A DNA stretch of 64,000 nucleotides. Source: Hyaloraphidium curvatum SAG 235-1 (lineage: Eukaryota; Fungi; Monoblepharomycota). The stretch is from NCBI GenBank assembly GCA_025558095.1, contig JAIVFI010000015.1:496001-560000 (forward strand), read 5' to 3'. Below are positions 1 through 12,641 of this stretch, piece by piece (position 1 is the stretch's first letter; every line of letters begins with the position of its first letter). Made by a program: the position numbers and the translations under genes. The notes under the pieces are model-generated. The model was not told where the DNA came from, searched no databases, and was given only the letters and a program-made list of their open reading frames with translations.

Positions 1-591
1 AGGGACGAAAATGCCATCCCTTGGATGGTACGTCACTGTCCCTCAAAAGGGATTGAAGGGATGACGATCCCAGGATTTTCACGAGTGAATGACTCAAGTC
101 TGTTCTATTGCTGACGAATTGCCACAGCGTCCCAGGGATTACTGTGCGCCTTCCGCGGACGTCCGCGGGACTGGCGAAGGAGCCGATGTTTTGTTCACGC
201 GACCATACCAGCACCGCCAAGGCTATCCCGAAAATCTCGGGTCCTTTGTTCCGCGGAACTTCCAAACAAGCTGACTTCGAATCTGAAGTGCAGTTCCGGC
301 AACTTCGAAACTCTATCGATATTGAGCCATTTTGGTCCATTAGGGAGATGGCCAGCAAGGGCAGGGACGGAAGTGGACGGAACCGAAAATGCCAGACGTC
401 CGTTGGGTCCATCACCATCGTGCTTCGCAGCCCACCGCATCATCGAGCAATAGGTCCGATTGTATTCCAAAGCTTTGGTCTCGTTTTGCTGTCACTTCCG
501 AGCGCAAGGGCGGGGCGGGGTCAGGGCACTGGGTCGGGCCCGCGGGCCGCAGATCAAACTGTCCGCCCGACTGCCCCCCATCGCCACGAAA

Positions 592-1178
592 ATGGCCCTC
601 CCCCGCTCGGAAATCATCAAGCCCCTCTGCGGCCTCGTCGGCGTGACCGCCGTCGTCTGGGTGAAGCTGTTCAGGGACCGCTTCGCCGAAATCGCCGAGC
701 GCAAGATCACCCCCGAGTCGGTTGGACGTGCCGCCGTGCGCCTCGCGGGCTGACCCCCCTGGGACGGATCAGGGAGTTTTCGGCAGAGCCTGCCAAGCGC
801 GTTGTGCTCAGGGACGTGAACGCCAGCGACAACTTGAAGAATCTCTTCGAGGTGAACTTGGACCGCTCCTGCCCTTGCGGACGTCGTTCACCCGTCGACA
901 AAAAGGTCCCGACCCTCTTCACGACCCTCTGCCTGTCCCTCGCCGCCACCGACCGCGTTACCACCACCTTCTACCGCGGGGCTTGGTTGTACGTTGCCCT
1001 CAGGGCCGTCCACTCGACGATTCACTCGACCTATAACTACGCGAGTTTTCCGTGCCTTGAGCTGGGTCGGGGCTGACCCGATCTGCAGGTTCCGCACAGG
1101 TTCGGCGTGTACATCTTGAGCTCCCTCGTATTGTGGGGGATGTGGGGCAAGCTGGCGTGGGAGCTCTTCCGATCGTGA
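592..1178 (+). CDS. MAPEG family membrane protein (3 introns)
   Basis: Manual splicing gives MALPRSEIIK...NLKNLFE/VPTLF...AWLYVALRAVHSTIHSTYNY/VPHRFGVYILSSLVLWGMW, the MAPEG pattern. Third intron 1041-1088 is GC-AG. Confidence 0.75.
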
Positions 1179-1387
1179 ACCGTTCCCTGTTTCGATTCCC
1201 CTTTCCCTTGGAGTTGGACAGTAGCTGTCGCTGTATGCCCTTCCGTAATCGTACTTCTATTGCGCACCGAGCCGAGCAGATTCTTTCCCTCGTAGTCGTC
1301 CAAATGATCGATTGCAAGGCGTCCGTCAACAACCAACATTGGAACCGGGACGCGCCTCAACGCGCTGCTCCTGCCGACGTTGCCGCG

Positions 1388-2299
1388 ATGTTCGGCCGCA
1401 AATCGGGCCCGAACTTCGGCAGCCCGTTCGACCCCGCCCGCGCGCCGCCCCCGCCGGGCGCGAAGCGCGAGCCGCCGCCGCTCCTCGGCCGCCGCGTTGG
1501 CCGCATCGCGGGCGCCACCCTCGCCGCCGGCGCCTTCCTGCTGGGGACGTACACGGTGTTCGAGGTGCAGCGCGTGCGCAACCTGCCGCCGCCCGGGCCC
1601 GACGCGACCGACTTGGCGCGGCAGCGCGACCATTCGGGCGTGTTCAACGCGATCGCGCGAGACTACGACGGGGACGTCGACGGCACCGAGCTGTGGTCGC
1701 TGATGCGGCTGATGCGCCGCCGGCTGGTCTCGCAAGCCAAGGGGGACGTGCTCGAGGTGGCCGCGGGCACGGCCAGGAACTTCCGATACTACCGCCCCAA
1801 GGACATCAAGTCCATCACCCTGACGGACACGAGCCAGGGCATGCTGGACGTGGCGAAGGAAAAGTGGCGCGCCCACGTGCGCTCGGATCCGGGCACGCTG
1901 CGCGCGCTGCCGGCCTACTTCTACGCCGTGGACGCGCACAGGCTGCCCGCCCCGGACGCGACCTTCGACACGGTGGTCTCCACCTTTGGCGTGTGCTCGT
2001 GCTCCGACCCCGTGAAGGAGCTGCGCGAGCTCGGCCGCGTGTGCAAGCCCGACGGCCGGATTTTGCTCCTGGAGCACGGGCGGAGCTCGCACGAGTGGCT
2101 CAACGAGCTCCTGGACAAGCGCGCCAAGGCGCACGCGGAGCGGTGGGGGTGCTGGTGGAACAGGGACGTCGAAAAGATCCTCGAGGAGAGCGGGCTCGAG
2201 GTCGAGTACGCCAAGCGGTGGCACCTGGGGACGACCTACTACATCATCGCCAGGCCGTCTTCCTCGGCGAAGGACGCCACGGCGCCCGCGGCATCGTGA
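1388..2299 (+). CDS. Class I SAM-dependent methyltransferase, OMS1-like (mitochondrial membrane)
   Basis: N-terminal TM segment, DVLEVAAGTARN motif I, FDTVVSTFGVCS, GRILLLEHGRS, WGCWWNRD, typical of OMS1. ATG 1388 chosen because upstream sequence belongs to the MAPEG gene. Confidence 0.8.
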   Translation: MFGRKSGPNFGSPFDPARAPPPPGAKREPPPLLGRRVGRIAGATLAAGAFLLGTYTVFEVQRVRNLPPPGPDATDLARQRDHSGVFNAIARDYDGDVDGTELWSLMRLMRRRLVSQAKGDVLEVAAGTARNFRYYRPKDIKSITLTDTSQGMLDVAKEKWRAHVRSDPGTLRALPAYFYAVDAHRLPAPDATFDTVVSTFGVCSCSDPVKELRELGRVCKPDGRILLLEHGRSSHEWLNELLDKRAKAHAERWGCWWNRDVEKILEESGLEVEYAKRWHLGTTYYIIARPSSSAKDATAPAAS

Positions 2300-2302
2300 T
2301 CT

Positions 2303-3313
2303 TCAGCCGATCCCCCCGTCTCCGGACGACAGCGCTGCTATCAATCTGCGCACCTTGGCGCCGTCCCCGACGGTCCTGACGTCGTCGCGGCCCTTGAGGA
2401 CCGGCGCGAACGACACGGCAGAGTTCCGGCACGCGGCCGAGGGCGCCGCGGTCGACGCCGAGCAGTGCACCTCGCTCAGCGGGGGGCAGCCGGCGAGGGC
2501 GACGTGGTGCTGGATCAGCGGCAGCGTCCGCGGGTTCACGTCTGGAGGGTTGCTGTGAAGTTCTTGCCACCCTTGCGGAGATGGACACCCACCGCCTCCG
2601 GGCAGGATCGTGATCCTCCCCGCCGCCGCCTTCACCAGCTGCACGATCAGATCCAACCCCTCCAGCACGGACTTTTGCTGGCCGCTGGTCAGGATCCGCT
2701 GTATCCCGCCGATGCGAACGATCTCCTCCAAAGCTGCCAGTGGTTGCGCGGTCCAGTCGAACGCCCTGTGGAACGTCACCTCCATCGGCTCGGCCAGCCG
2801 CACCAGCCTTGTCCGTCACCGGTCAAGGATGGTCTGGAAGCCGGCCAGATGTGCACGCACTCGCTGGTCCGTCCGACGTCGACCGAGCCGTCCGGATTGA
2901 GGATCCCAAAGACGACCCCGCGCGCCCCTAGCGATTTGGCGGCCGCGACATCGCGCTTCATGATCTCGAACTCGATCTCCGAGTAGCAAAAGTCTCCCGG
3001 CCTGCGCAGGACGCGGGAATGCAATGCCAGCGTCAGTTGCCATCGAGTATTTCCGGTGGAGGTCCGACCTCGGCCGGATCATGACCATGACCGGAATCTG
3101 CAGCCGCTCGATCGCCACGGCGATGGTCCCGTAGCTGGGCGCCGTGCCTCCCTCTGCCGACGGGGAACCTCAGGGGAGCGATCGCTGTCGGGTGCAGGCG
3201 GACCGACCCAGGAGGTCCGCGCACAGCTCGATCCGGTCCGCCCCGTTCTCCTCGGCGACGAGCGCGGCTTCCACGCAGTCGACGCAGATCTCGATCAGAG
3301 GGCGTGCCGGCAT
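2303..3313 (-). CDS. CUTC: Copper homeostasis protein CutC family (intron-containing)
   Basis: Exons read IEICVD...GADRIELC...TAPSYG...IPVMVMIRPR/PGDFCYS...GVVFGIL...VTFHRAFD...RILTSGQ...ILPGGG. Confidence 0.9.
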
Positions 3314-3414
3314 CGCGAAATACGGGGACACTGGTCTTCAGTCATGCGGAGTTTGACTGATCCCTTTGCCCCGCAGTGTCCACGGTCCATTGCCGGTCGC
3401 TCGGGCGGCGCCGG

Positions 3415-5414
3415 ATGACGGACTTGCCCGCGTACGCGTCCGTGAGCATCCCGCCGCCGTCGCCGCCCTCGCCGAGCCGCGGCGAGATGGCCCCGCCGCC
3501 GCCGCGGTGGCACACCGCCGAGATGCGCGCGTACGTCGTCGCGGTGGTCGTCGCCGTGGCGTCGATGCTCGCGATCGGCGCCGGCATGTCGTCGAGCGAG
3601 CTGGAGAACTACGCGAACTACGACCGCTTCCTCTCGCGCGGCTGGCTCGGCAGGCCGATCGACAACAGCGACATCCAGTTCCGCGGCTTCAGGAACAACA
3701 TTCCGTACCTCGCTGTGGCAATGGCAGCGCATTTGCTGCTGGGACGGGTGTTTGTGAAGCGCAGGTCGGCCGCGAGCGCGTCGGGGAGGCCAAAGGACAC
3801 GCCGTCGACGCCCAAGGCGGCAGAGGGCGCGGGACCGGGGCCCCCGGCGGGTGCTGACGCCGAGGAAGCCGCGACCGCGGCCTCCGAATCCTTTGCCAAT
3901 TACAACATCGCCTTCGGGCTGCTTTTTCTCGTCGTGCTGCACGGGTTCTCGACCCTGAAGATCGTCGGCGAGATCGGACTCAACTACGCCATCGCGCGCC
4001 GCTTCCGGGGCAGCGTCCTGAACCCGGTACTGACATGGACGCTGGCGCTGGTGCTGCTATGGTGGAACGAGCGCGGCGGAGCGCAGACCTACGGGAGCCT
4101 CGTCCCGTTCCTCGGGTTCCTCGATTCCTTCAAGGGCCTCCTCCCGCGGTGGTTCATCACCTTCAACCTGAGCATCCTGCGGATGATCTCCTTCAACATG
4201 GACTACTACTGGTGCCTCAACGGCGCCGAGGACGCCTTCGCGGCCCACAAGAAGGGCTGCGCGGCGTGCCGGGAGGCCACGACCAAGGCCGCGCGGTGCG
4301 AGCGCGGCCGGACAGACCAGCCCCTGGAACCGGAGGACTACAGCCTCCTCAACTACCTCTGCTATACCCTCTATACCCCCCTCTTCCTCGCCGGCCCGAT
4401 CATGACCTTCAACGACTTTGTCTCGCAGGTCCGGCACCCCCTCCCCTCGACCTCCCTTCCCGAGGTCGCGCGATACTCGGCGCGATGGGTCCTGAACCTG
4501 CTGGTCATGGAGGTCATGCTGCACTACATCTACGCCGTGGCCATGATCCGCGCCAAGGCGTACGACCTGCTCACGCCGGCGCAGGTCGGGATGCTGGGCT
4601 ACTTCAACCTGAAGTACATCTGGCTCAAGGTCTGCCCCTCACCGTGCTCCGGGGGGATGGTTGGCTGACCGTCCCGCTGCAGCTGCTCCTCATCTGGAGG
4701 TTCTTCAGGATGTGGTCGCTCGCGGACGGCATCGACCCGCCCGAGAACATGCACCGCTGCATGAGCAACAACTACTCCGCGGCCGGATTCTGGCGGTCCT
4801 GGCACCGCTCGTACAACCGGTGGCTTATACGGTGGGCAGCGGGCTGCTCGTGTCTCCCTTCTCGCGTCTGACTCGGTCGCGCAGGTATATGTACGTCCCC
4901 CTGGGCGGCTCCAAGCGACGGCTGCTTTCCATGCCCGTCATCTTCACCTTTGTCGGCTTCTGGCACGACCGCTCCTTCACGCTGCTGGCGTGGGCGTGGC
5001 TGATCATCCTGTTCCTGCTGCCCGAGGGCCTGGCGACCGCCTACTTCGGGACTCCCAAGGTTCGTTTCTGCGCCGACTAAGGTGGACAACGCTGATTCGA
5101 TCTGCAGTGGACGTCCTGGAAGTACTACCGCTACCTCGCGGGCCTCGGAGGCGTCGCCAACATCCTCATGATGATGGTGGCCAACCTCGTGGGCTTCGCG
5201 GTCGGCGTCGACGGCATCAAGAAGATGCTGTCGCAGCTGCTCACGATCGAAGGTACGTCCGGCGGGCTTCTTGTCGTTGTCAAGCTCACGGGCATCTTCC
5301 ACGACAGGAATCGCCTTCTTTCTCGGCACCTTTGTCGCGCTGTTCTCTGCCGTGCAGATCATGTTCGAGATCCGCGCGGACGAGGATCGATCCGGAGAAA
5401 AGACGCGATTCTAG
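3415..5414 (+). CDS. GUP1: MBOAT acyltransferase GUP1/HHAT-like
   Basis: [75 protein letters not shown]; several short introns. Confidence 0.9.
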
Positions 5415-5469
5415 TTGTAGCTACAACACGATGCTACATGATTCTTCATTTTTGTTTCCCAGCCATGCT

Positions 5470-8183
5470 TCAGTATTCGCCGCGCTCGAACCGGGCGGCG
5501 TCGTAGAACGACGCGGCGACCTTCCTACCGGCAAACCATCGCCCGTTCAAGTTTGCTTGCGCTCTCGCGGCGGCTGCGGAACGGTCAGAACCGCACACGC
5601 CACCGACTCATGACTTGGCACCCACCGGCGGCTTCCTCGAACTGGACATAGACCTTGACCGTGTCGCTCCCGTCGACGACCCAGATGACGACCTTGGTGA
5701 CCTTGCCGTGCTTGCCGCACTCGTCGGCGATCTCCTCCTTCAGGTCGTCGTCGATCTCCTCCTCGATCCCGACGAGGTTCTCCAGCAGGAGGACGTTGCT
5801 GTGCGCTTCCGCGGGGGGCTGGGGCGTCGAGGGCGCTGGAACGGGGGAGGCGGCGGACGCCGCAGACGTCGCCGCGGATGCAGCGGAAGACCTGCTCTGC
5901 TCGAGCTTCTTCATGATCTCGTACCGCTGCGTGGAAGAGATGCTCGCGTTGTCGTCCAGCGAATCCTCGGCGGCCCCGGAAGCCTTGGAGCCCTTGGATG
6001 ACACGGCGGCCAGGACCTCTGCCGCGGCGGGGGTCGGGATGCTGCCGCCGGCCTTCTGGGCGATGTTGGTGTTGATGGCGGTCGCGGCCGAGAGGACAGC
6101 CGCGGGCAGGGTGACGGGCGCGCCGGGGCTCGCGCCGCGCTCCATGATCGACATGCCCACCGGCATGGGGCCACCGATCATGGTCTTGGTGACGCGCAGC
6201 TGCATGCCTCCGATCTCGAAGCCGTTCATGGTCGAGATGGCCAGCTCGGCCGCTTCGCGGGTTTCGTACTCGATGTATCTAGAGCGCGAAAGGAACGATT
6301 CAGTCAGTCGCATCATTCACAAAGAGCGTGTCTGCTGCTGGTCCGTCGGTGATGGAGGAGGAAACGGACGGAAAAGGACGAGTCAAGCCACAACGGAATC
6401 CACCGGCCACAAATCGCGATCCGTTTGACTTCACCGAGGCAACTTCAAGGCAATGCCTTAGGTGCAACGTCGGGAAGAGGGGGGAGAAGGGAAGAAAAGA
6501 ACGAAAGGAAAGAAGGAGAGGGAGTCCGAAAGCCGCAAAGTAAGTGCCGCAGCTCGATCCGCACCCCGGGTGACCCAAGCCACTCAACCATCGAACGACC
6601 GGACCAGCAGACAGACACGCTCATCGTAGCATTAACTCACCCGCAAGTTTTGTGCTTCTTCGTGGCCAGGTCCGGCATGAGCGATAGCTTGCTTATCGTT
6701 CCAAAGCTGTTGAAGATGTCCTTGAGCTCGGACTCGCCGATGAGCTCGTTCACGTTGGCGACAAAAATGCGGTTGGGAAGAGGCGGAGGCAGCGTAGACA
6801 TGACGGCGGGGTTGAAGTTGTTGGGCCTGCCAACTTTCAGCTGCCTGTGGACACGGAGCGTAGAAGTCAGAACGTTCAAGAGATCTCCGACTGCACGGAC
6901 TGACCTTCCGCCAATGTCGGCGCCGTTCATGTAGTCCAAAGCCAGCTGTGCGGCTTCCGGCACCTCGTACTCGACGAAGCAGAAACCCTTGTGCTTGCCC
7001 GTCGCGGGATCCATCGTCATTCCGACGTTCTTCACGTAGCCGAACTGGCCGAAGATGGCCTTCATGTGGACCTCGGTCAGGTCGAAGTTGATCGAGCCCA
7101 CGTAGAGGCGACTCATGACGAGGATGTTACGCTGCTCCGCACCCTGCTGAACGGCCAGCGCGGCGGCCGCAGCGGCGCCAGCGGGGTTCGTGGGCATCAT
7201 GGGCAGCGGAATGACCGCCGAAGGCACGTTGGGGTTGCTCTTTGCCAGCTGAAGGGGATTGGTGAGAAGAAAGCGTTGAAACGGTCGCCAGAGCAACTCA
7301 CGGTGGCATTCTGCTCCTTTGCAAACGCCTTTGCCTTTTCGAGTCTTGCACGCTGCTCCTCCGTCAAGGGCTGAGAAGCTCTGCTCGTCCAGCTCGGCGT
7401 GCCTGCCCACACAGTGTTGGTCGACCTATGTTGAACGGCCTCGAGCAACCCACCACTCTTCCTGGTGTCAGCCGAGTCATCCCGCCGCCTGCGACGCCGA
7501 TCGTCATCGGACCGATCATCATCGCTGTAGCGGCTCCTCCTGGGGCTCCTGTCGTCCCTCCGCCGTCTCCGACGGCGGTCGTCCGAAGCGTCCGAATCCG
7601 AGTCGCGCCTGCGGCGGTATTCCCTCGACCGGGAGCGCCGGCGCCGCCTCGATTCATCCCGACGGCGATCCTCTCGCGAACGGTCTCGCCGTCTGTCGGG
7701 GCTGCTGCGTCTGCTGCCTCGGTCTCTCCGATCCCGGCTCCGGCTGCGGCTCCTCGACCTGTCTCGGGTCCTCCGTTCCCGATCCTTCGACGTCCCGCGG
7801 TCCCGATCACGGCGCTCGCGTTCCCTGTCCCTCTCTCTTTCTTTTTCTCTGTCCCTTTCTCTGTCTTTGTCCCTCGCTTCGCTCGGCCGGTCACGCCGCG
7901 AGCGACTCGCGGGAGACGCGGAGCGCTCCGAGCGCCGGCTCTTCGAGTCCCGCTCCCCGGGCTTCGGGTCAACGTCCATGTCGTCGCTTTTGCTGCGCTT
8001 CGCATCGTCGCGTTTTCGGTCGGCCTCGGCGTCGCTCATGCGTGCGTCGCTGGGGGACCTCTTCCGCCGTCTCGACGGAGACTTCTCCCCATCCACGCCG
8101 CGGCCTCCTTCGCGGTCCTCTTTTCGCTTCTCGTCCGAAGCGTTCCGGCGCGAGCCATCGGCCTCCGTCGGGGACTTGGGCAT
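5470..8183 (-). CDS. PUF60: Poly(U)-binding splicing factor PUF60/half-pint (RS-rich N-term, RRM1, RRM2, UHM)
   Basis: [11 protein letters not shown]...[26 protein letters not shown]...LKVGRPNN; NRIFVANV; C-terminal UHM (EECGKHGKV...[11 protein letters not shown]). Confidence 0.85.
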
Positions 8184-8324
8184 CGTCCGGACCCGGGCAA
8201 GCTTTTGTTGTTTCGCCGTAATAACGCCCTCGAAGCCGCAGCCGTGGTCGATACTCGAAGCCGGGATCTTGAACAAGTACAGCGAGGCGTCAAAGAACTG
8301 CATCAAGTACACCACTAAGTTACA

Positions 8325-9962
8325 TTACTTTGCTTCGATCCATTCCTCCCAGGGCACTTCGACCCTGACTTTCTGGTAAACCCATGGAAGGTTGTCGCTC
8401 CCGATCCTCTTGCGCACCTGTTCCGCCAGAGTGTGATCGAACATCGTCTTGAACTCCTCCTCGGTCTGCAGCACATCACAGTAGCTGTGCTGAAATCCAC
8501 CGAATGACCTGACAGCCGCAAGGACCCTGCGCACGGCAGCTAAAGTGTCGTAGTTGGAGTCGCCCTCGCGGACTCCACGGGGCACACCGTAGATTCCGAG
8601 GTTCAGATAGTGCCGCCGCGACTCGTGCTCCGGCGGTGCAGGTGAGCCACGCTTCCCAGGATGGCGAATGAACCCGCCGCGATCGATCATGAGCGCCGGA
8701 TAGACGAGCAAAGGGAAAATCGACAGCTCGCGATCGACCAGTTCGACCATGTCCTGCAGCTTCTCCCGCGGAAACGCAAGGTCCTGGAAACAGCTCCCGA
8801 CGACATCGTTGACGCGCACTTCTGGCGGGCGCAGCCCCTTTAGGAACGTGATCTTTGGAGGCAGCATCCAGCCCATGGTCCAGCGGATCAGTGGGTGATT
8901 GCCGATGGGCCAAACGGTAAGCATGCTCATGCACATTGCCTTGTCGTGGCGCATCAAGTAATCGCGCATCGGCATGAGCTCCCTGTGTCCATCAGGAACG
9001 TCGCGCGCGTGCGAAAAGTACCAGGCTTTGTACCAGCGACCCTGGAAGTTACGTGGAACGCCTTCTTTCGACAGCTTCGCCATTCCGTCCTGGTCGATCA
9101 AATCTCCGCGCACAATGACGGCGTGCGATAGGGAGAAGATGAATGCCTCGAGGAAGAACGAGTCCGGGTCGGCAATCTCCTTCTCGTATGCCTCGCTGAG
9201 CGCGGCGATGGACGTGTATGTGCGGTACGTCACGAGCAATTCCTGCTCCGCGGGCACGACTCGGAGCGTCAGGCTCGTGACGAATCCCAAGGAGCCATGG
9301 CTGAAGCCCGCCGCTCGATACACGTCCTCGTTCTCGGTCGGCGTCGCCCTGATGACCTCTCCGCTACCGGAAACGAGCTCAAACTCTGTCACGGTGTCGT
9401 GGACGAGACCACATTGGTGGGAGTGTGTCGTCATGCCCTGCGACAGCGCCAAACCGCCGATCGTCGCGTCCTCCATCTCCAAAGTAGCTTCGAGCATGAA
9501 CCCGTGTGACAAGAGGTACGTGGTAATGTCACCGACCGTCACGAAAGGTTCGACGGTGACGGTTCGCGCTTCCTTGTCGAGAGACAAGATGTTGCAGAGG
9601 TCACCCATCGGCACCTTCAGTGCCCCGCCTTTTTGGACGGCGCGAACTGAATGGCTACTAGCCTCAGAGCGATCCGTTCGGATGGGCGGACGGCTGTCCG
9701 CCGGCAGCGCGTTCCACGCCTTTACAGAGTCCGCGACGCGACGGACCCGAGCAGCGTGGGCGCCATCGATGCCACTGTCCGATCCGGCAAGCCGCAAGCG
9801 TTTCCAGCGAGCAGGGAGGCCCCAAATTTCCGCCAGGCGCGCAGAGAGAAAGGACAGAGGCAGAACAACAAAGGCAATGAGGAACGGCTGCAGGCGCTCG
9901 CGGAGGCCCGGCTTGCCCGGTTTCGGGGCCTTAGAGGTCGTTTCCTCCTCAGTGGAGACCAT
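8325..9962 (-). CDS. Delta(24)-sterol reductase (DHCR24/DWF1-type FAD oxidoreductase), intronless
   Basis: VTVEPFVTVG, LEMEDATIGGL, SHQCGL, FSHGSLGF, GRWYKAWYF, DYLMRHD, LGIYGVP match the DHCR24 family. Confidence 0.8.
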   Translation of the reverse strand: MVSTEEETTSKAPKPGKPGLRERLQPFLIAFVVLPLSFLSARLAEIWGLPARWKRLRLAGSDSGIDGAHAARVRRVADSVKAWNALPADSRPPIRTDRSEASSHSVRAVQKGGALKVPMGDLCNILSLDKEARTVTVEPFVTVGDITTYLLSHGFMLEATLEMEDATIGGLALSQGMTTHSHQCGLVHDTVTEFELVSGSGEVIRATPTENEDVYRAAGFSHGSLGFVTSLTLRVVPAEQELLVTYRTYTSIAALSEAYEKEIADPDSFFLEAFIFSLSHAVIVRGDLIDQDGMAKLSKEGVPRNFQGRWYKAWYFSHARDVPDGHRELMPMRDYLMRHDKAMCMSMLTVWPIGNHPLIRWTMGWMLPPKITFLKGLRPPEVRVNDVVGSCFQDLAFPREKLQDMVELVDRELSIFPLLVYPALMIDRGGFIRHPGKRGSPAPPEHESRRHYLNLGIYGVPRGVREGDSNYDTLAAVRRVLAAVRSFGGFQHSYCDVLQTEEEFKTMFDHTLAEQVRKRIGSDNLPWVYQKVRVEVPWEEWIEAK

Positions 9963-10089
9963 GATCGGTGGAATCCAGTGCGATGCGTTTCAGTACAAAC
10001 CGGCGGACGAGTCGGAATCGACGCCTGGCTTTGCCACCGCAACCACCCGTCTCCCATCGCCATCAAGACTCCCCGCATAGCGGTCCAAA

Positions 10090-12362
10090 ATGGCTCCGAA
10101 CACGCCGCGCGTATGCGTCGTGGGCACGGGCATATCGGGAATAGGAATGGGAATAATCCTGAAGCACAAGCTGGGCCTGGAGACGTTTGAGCTGCTGGAG
10201 AAGGACCCCGCAGGAGTTGGCGGCGTCTGGGTGCGTTCTGCAGCCCTGGGTGTGTCATCTGACATTGCAGGACACTGATAGGATCACCATAGCGCAAGCT
10301 CAAGTATCCTGGGCTTTCCTGTGACGTGAGTGCCAGACAACCGAACAAGCTCCCGGCTTTGGTTGCCTTGTGCTCGAATACGGCTCAAAACTCACCAAAA
10401 TTGCACAGATTCCAGCCCACTTCTATTCGTTTTCATTTGAGCGATGGCCTCACTGGTCTCGTGACGTGGGTCGACGCCTTGGTTCCAGGAGACGGAGTCG
10501 GAGCTGACGAAGCTCCGTACCTCTGCCTCCATTTCGCCTTGTTCTTCTCTTCCTCGTTCTTTTGTGCTCAGTACCCGAGCGCTTTGGAGATCCACCCCTA
10601 CCTCGTTCACTGCGTCGAAAAATATGGTATCCGTGACCATATAAGCTACGGTGTCGAAGTTACGGAGCTCCGTTGGGACGACGACCGATCCGTCTGGCGG
10701 GTGATGACCAAGGTCGATGGGAAGTTTGTCGAACGCGAATTCGAGGTCGTCTTCAACGTAAGTCGCCTTTCGCACAGTGTGTCGTGGCTTGACCTGTTGC
10801 GTGCAGTCTGGCGGGGTCTTCAACAAGCAGTACACTCCCGATTACCCCGGGATCCCATCCTTCAAGGGCGAGCAGATCCAGGCGGCGGATGATCGGGTGG
10901 TCGGCAACGATTGGGACCGAGTCCAGCTCGCCGGCAAGCGGGTCTCGATTGTGGGCACGGGGCCGACAGCAATCCAGATCATATCGGAGATCGCCCACAA
11001 GGTCGAGCACCTCGACATCTACCAGCGTACCGCGACCTGGATCCTGCCGATGGACAACAAGCCTTTCGATGAGAAGCAGAGGAAGGAGTTCCAGGACGAT
11101 GCGAAACTCCGGGCCTACCGACAGAATCTGATGGACCAGACGGAACGCATGTGGCTGCTCATTTCCAAGCCTTACTCGTCGACTGCTGTCAAAATCCAAG
11201 ATCGGTGCCTTCGCCACCTCAGGGAAACGGTCAAGGATCCCGAGCTGGTGAAGAAATTGACGCCGAACTTTCCGATTGGCGCCAAGAGGATCATGTTTGA
11301 CGTTCGTGTCGATCGTTCGACGCCGATGAGGCTCTTTCTCACCCACTTTAATGCAGCCCGGCTACCTTCCGAGTCTCAACCGTCCCAATGTCTCGCTGCA
11401 CACCGACCCTATTGCTCGCGTAACCCCGGATGCCATCGTCACGCGCGACAAGGAGAGCGGAAAGGAGAGCGAGCACAACACTGAGGTCATTATATGGGCC
11501 ACGGGCTGGGGTAGCTTCTCGATGGGAGTCAAGTACCCGATCTACGGCAGGGGCGGCAAGGAGATCTGGGAGCGCTGGAGGGAGGTCGGGATGCCGAGGA
11601 GCTACCAGGGCGGTGGGTGCTTTGTTCGCCCTTTCATGCACCTTGACTGACGTTGTGACGCTCTTGTTCAATCAGCCATGGTCACGGAATTCCCGAATCT
11701 CGTCCTCGTGGTCGGCCCGAACACGCAAGTCTGGAGCTCCTTCGTTGAAGGCAAGTCTGGAGTTGCTTCGGTGAAGTGCTGAAGATCGATTTCCGTGGAT
11801 GAAGTGGTTGAGATGAAGATTGATCTGCTCACGAGGCTGATCAAGCACATGTGTTCGGCAAACCAGGCTTCCTTCGAAGCGCGAGAGGATCTCGAGGAGC
11901 GATGGGGCAATTTTTGCAAAGAAGGATTGAAGTCGACTCCGTATGCAGCGCCAGTTGTGAGCTACTACAAGGTGCAGAAGGAAGGGAGCTTTCGCCGCGC
12001 CCACTCATCTCGGTCGCGAATTCATCCGCAGTTCACGTGGTCGTCGCCCCACGTTTCTGGCAAGACCGACGAGACTTCTGCATCCGGCGAGGAGGTCTTT
12101 TACCCTGCGTGGTACCCAGGCCTTCCGTCCGAGCTCCGCAAAGCCTCGGACAACTCGGCGCCGGAGGAATATATCTGGCGCCCCAAGCAAGGCCGGCGGT
12201 GGGACGTGCCCGTGCCCCCGACGATCACTCCCTACAAGGTGATTGATTCCGATCGCACGATGCCATCGTTTCTCAATGCTGATTCGATCGCTCGAGGAGG
12301 ATCGCATGGCAGCGACGCCGGTCAAGCTGAGGGAGGCGCCCCAGGCAGAGGCTCGGCTGTAG
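10090..12362 (+). CDS. Flavin-containing (Baeyer-Villiger-like) monooxygenase, multi-intron
   Basis: GTGISG dinucleotide motif, GGVW, GKRVSIVGTGPTAIQ, YQRTATW, GAKRI, IIWATG. The 3' end assumes an intron at about 12239-12296, which gives a C-terminal ARL (PTS1-like). Confidence 0.8.
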
Positions 12363-12641
12363 GCTTTTGCCGTCGGTCAAAATGTGTGATGTTTCTTCAA
12401 TTGACGTCGTTGAACTGGTCGATTCTTGAGCACCGTTCGTCAATTGGATCAGACGTACTCAAATCCATTCTAAAAGTGTCTCAAGGATTACACTCAGCCA
12501 CCGCCATTACCCCCGCGGTCTAAAACAACAAAGCGTAGGATAAACCATTACTTTTGCCGTGTCGTATCCGTAGCTTTTTCTCGCGGCTTGCGCACGGGGC
12601 CAGCACCCGCGCGCAGCCGACCGCACCCTCTCCATCTCCCC

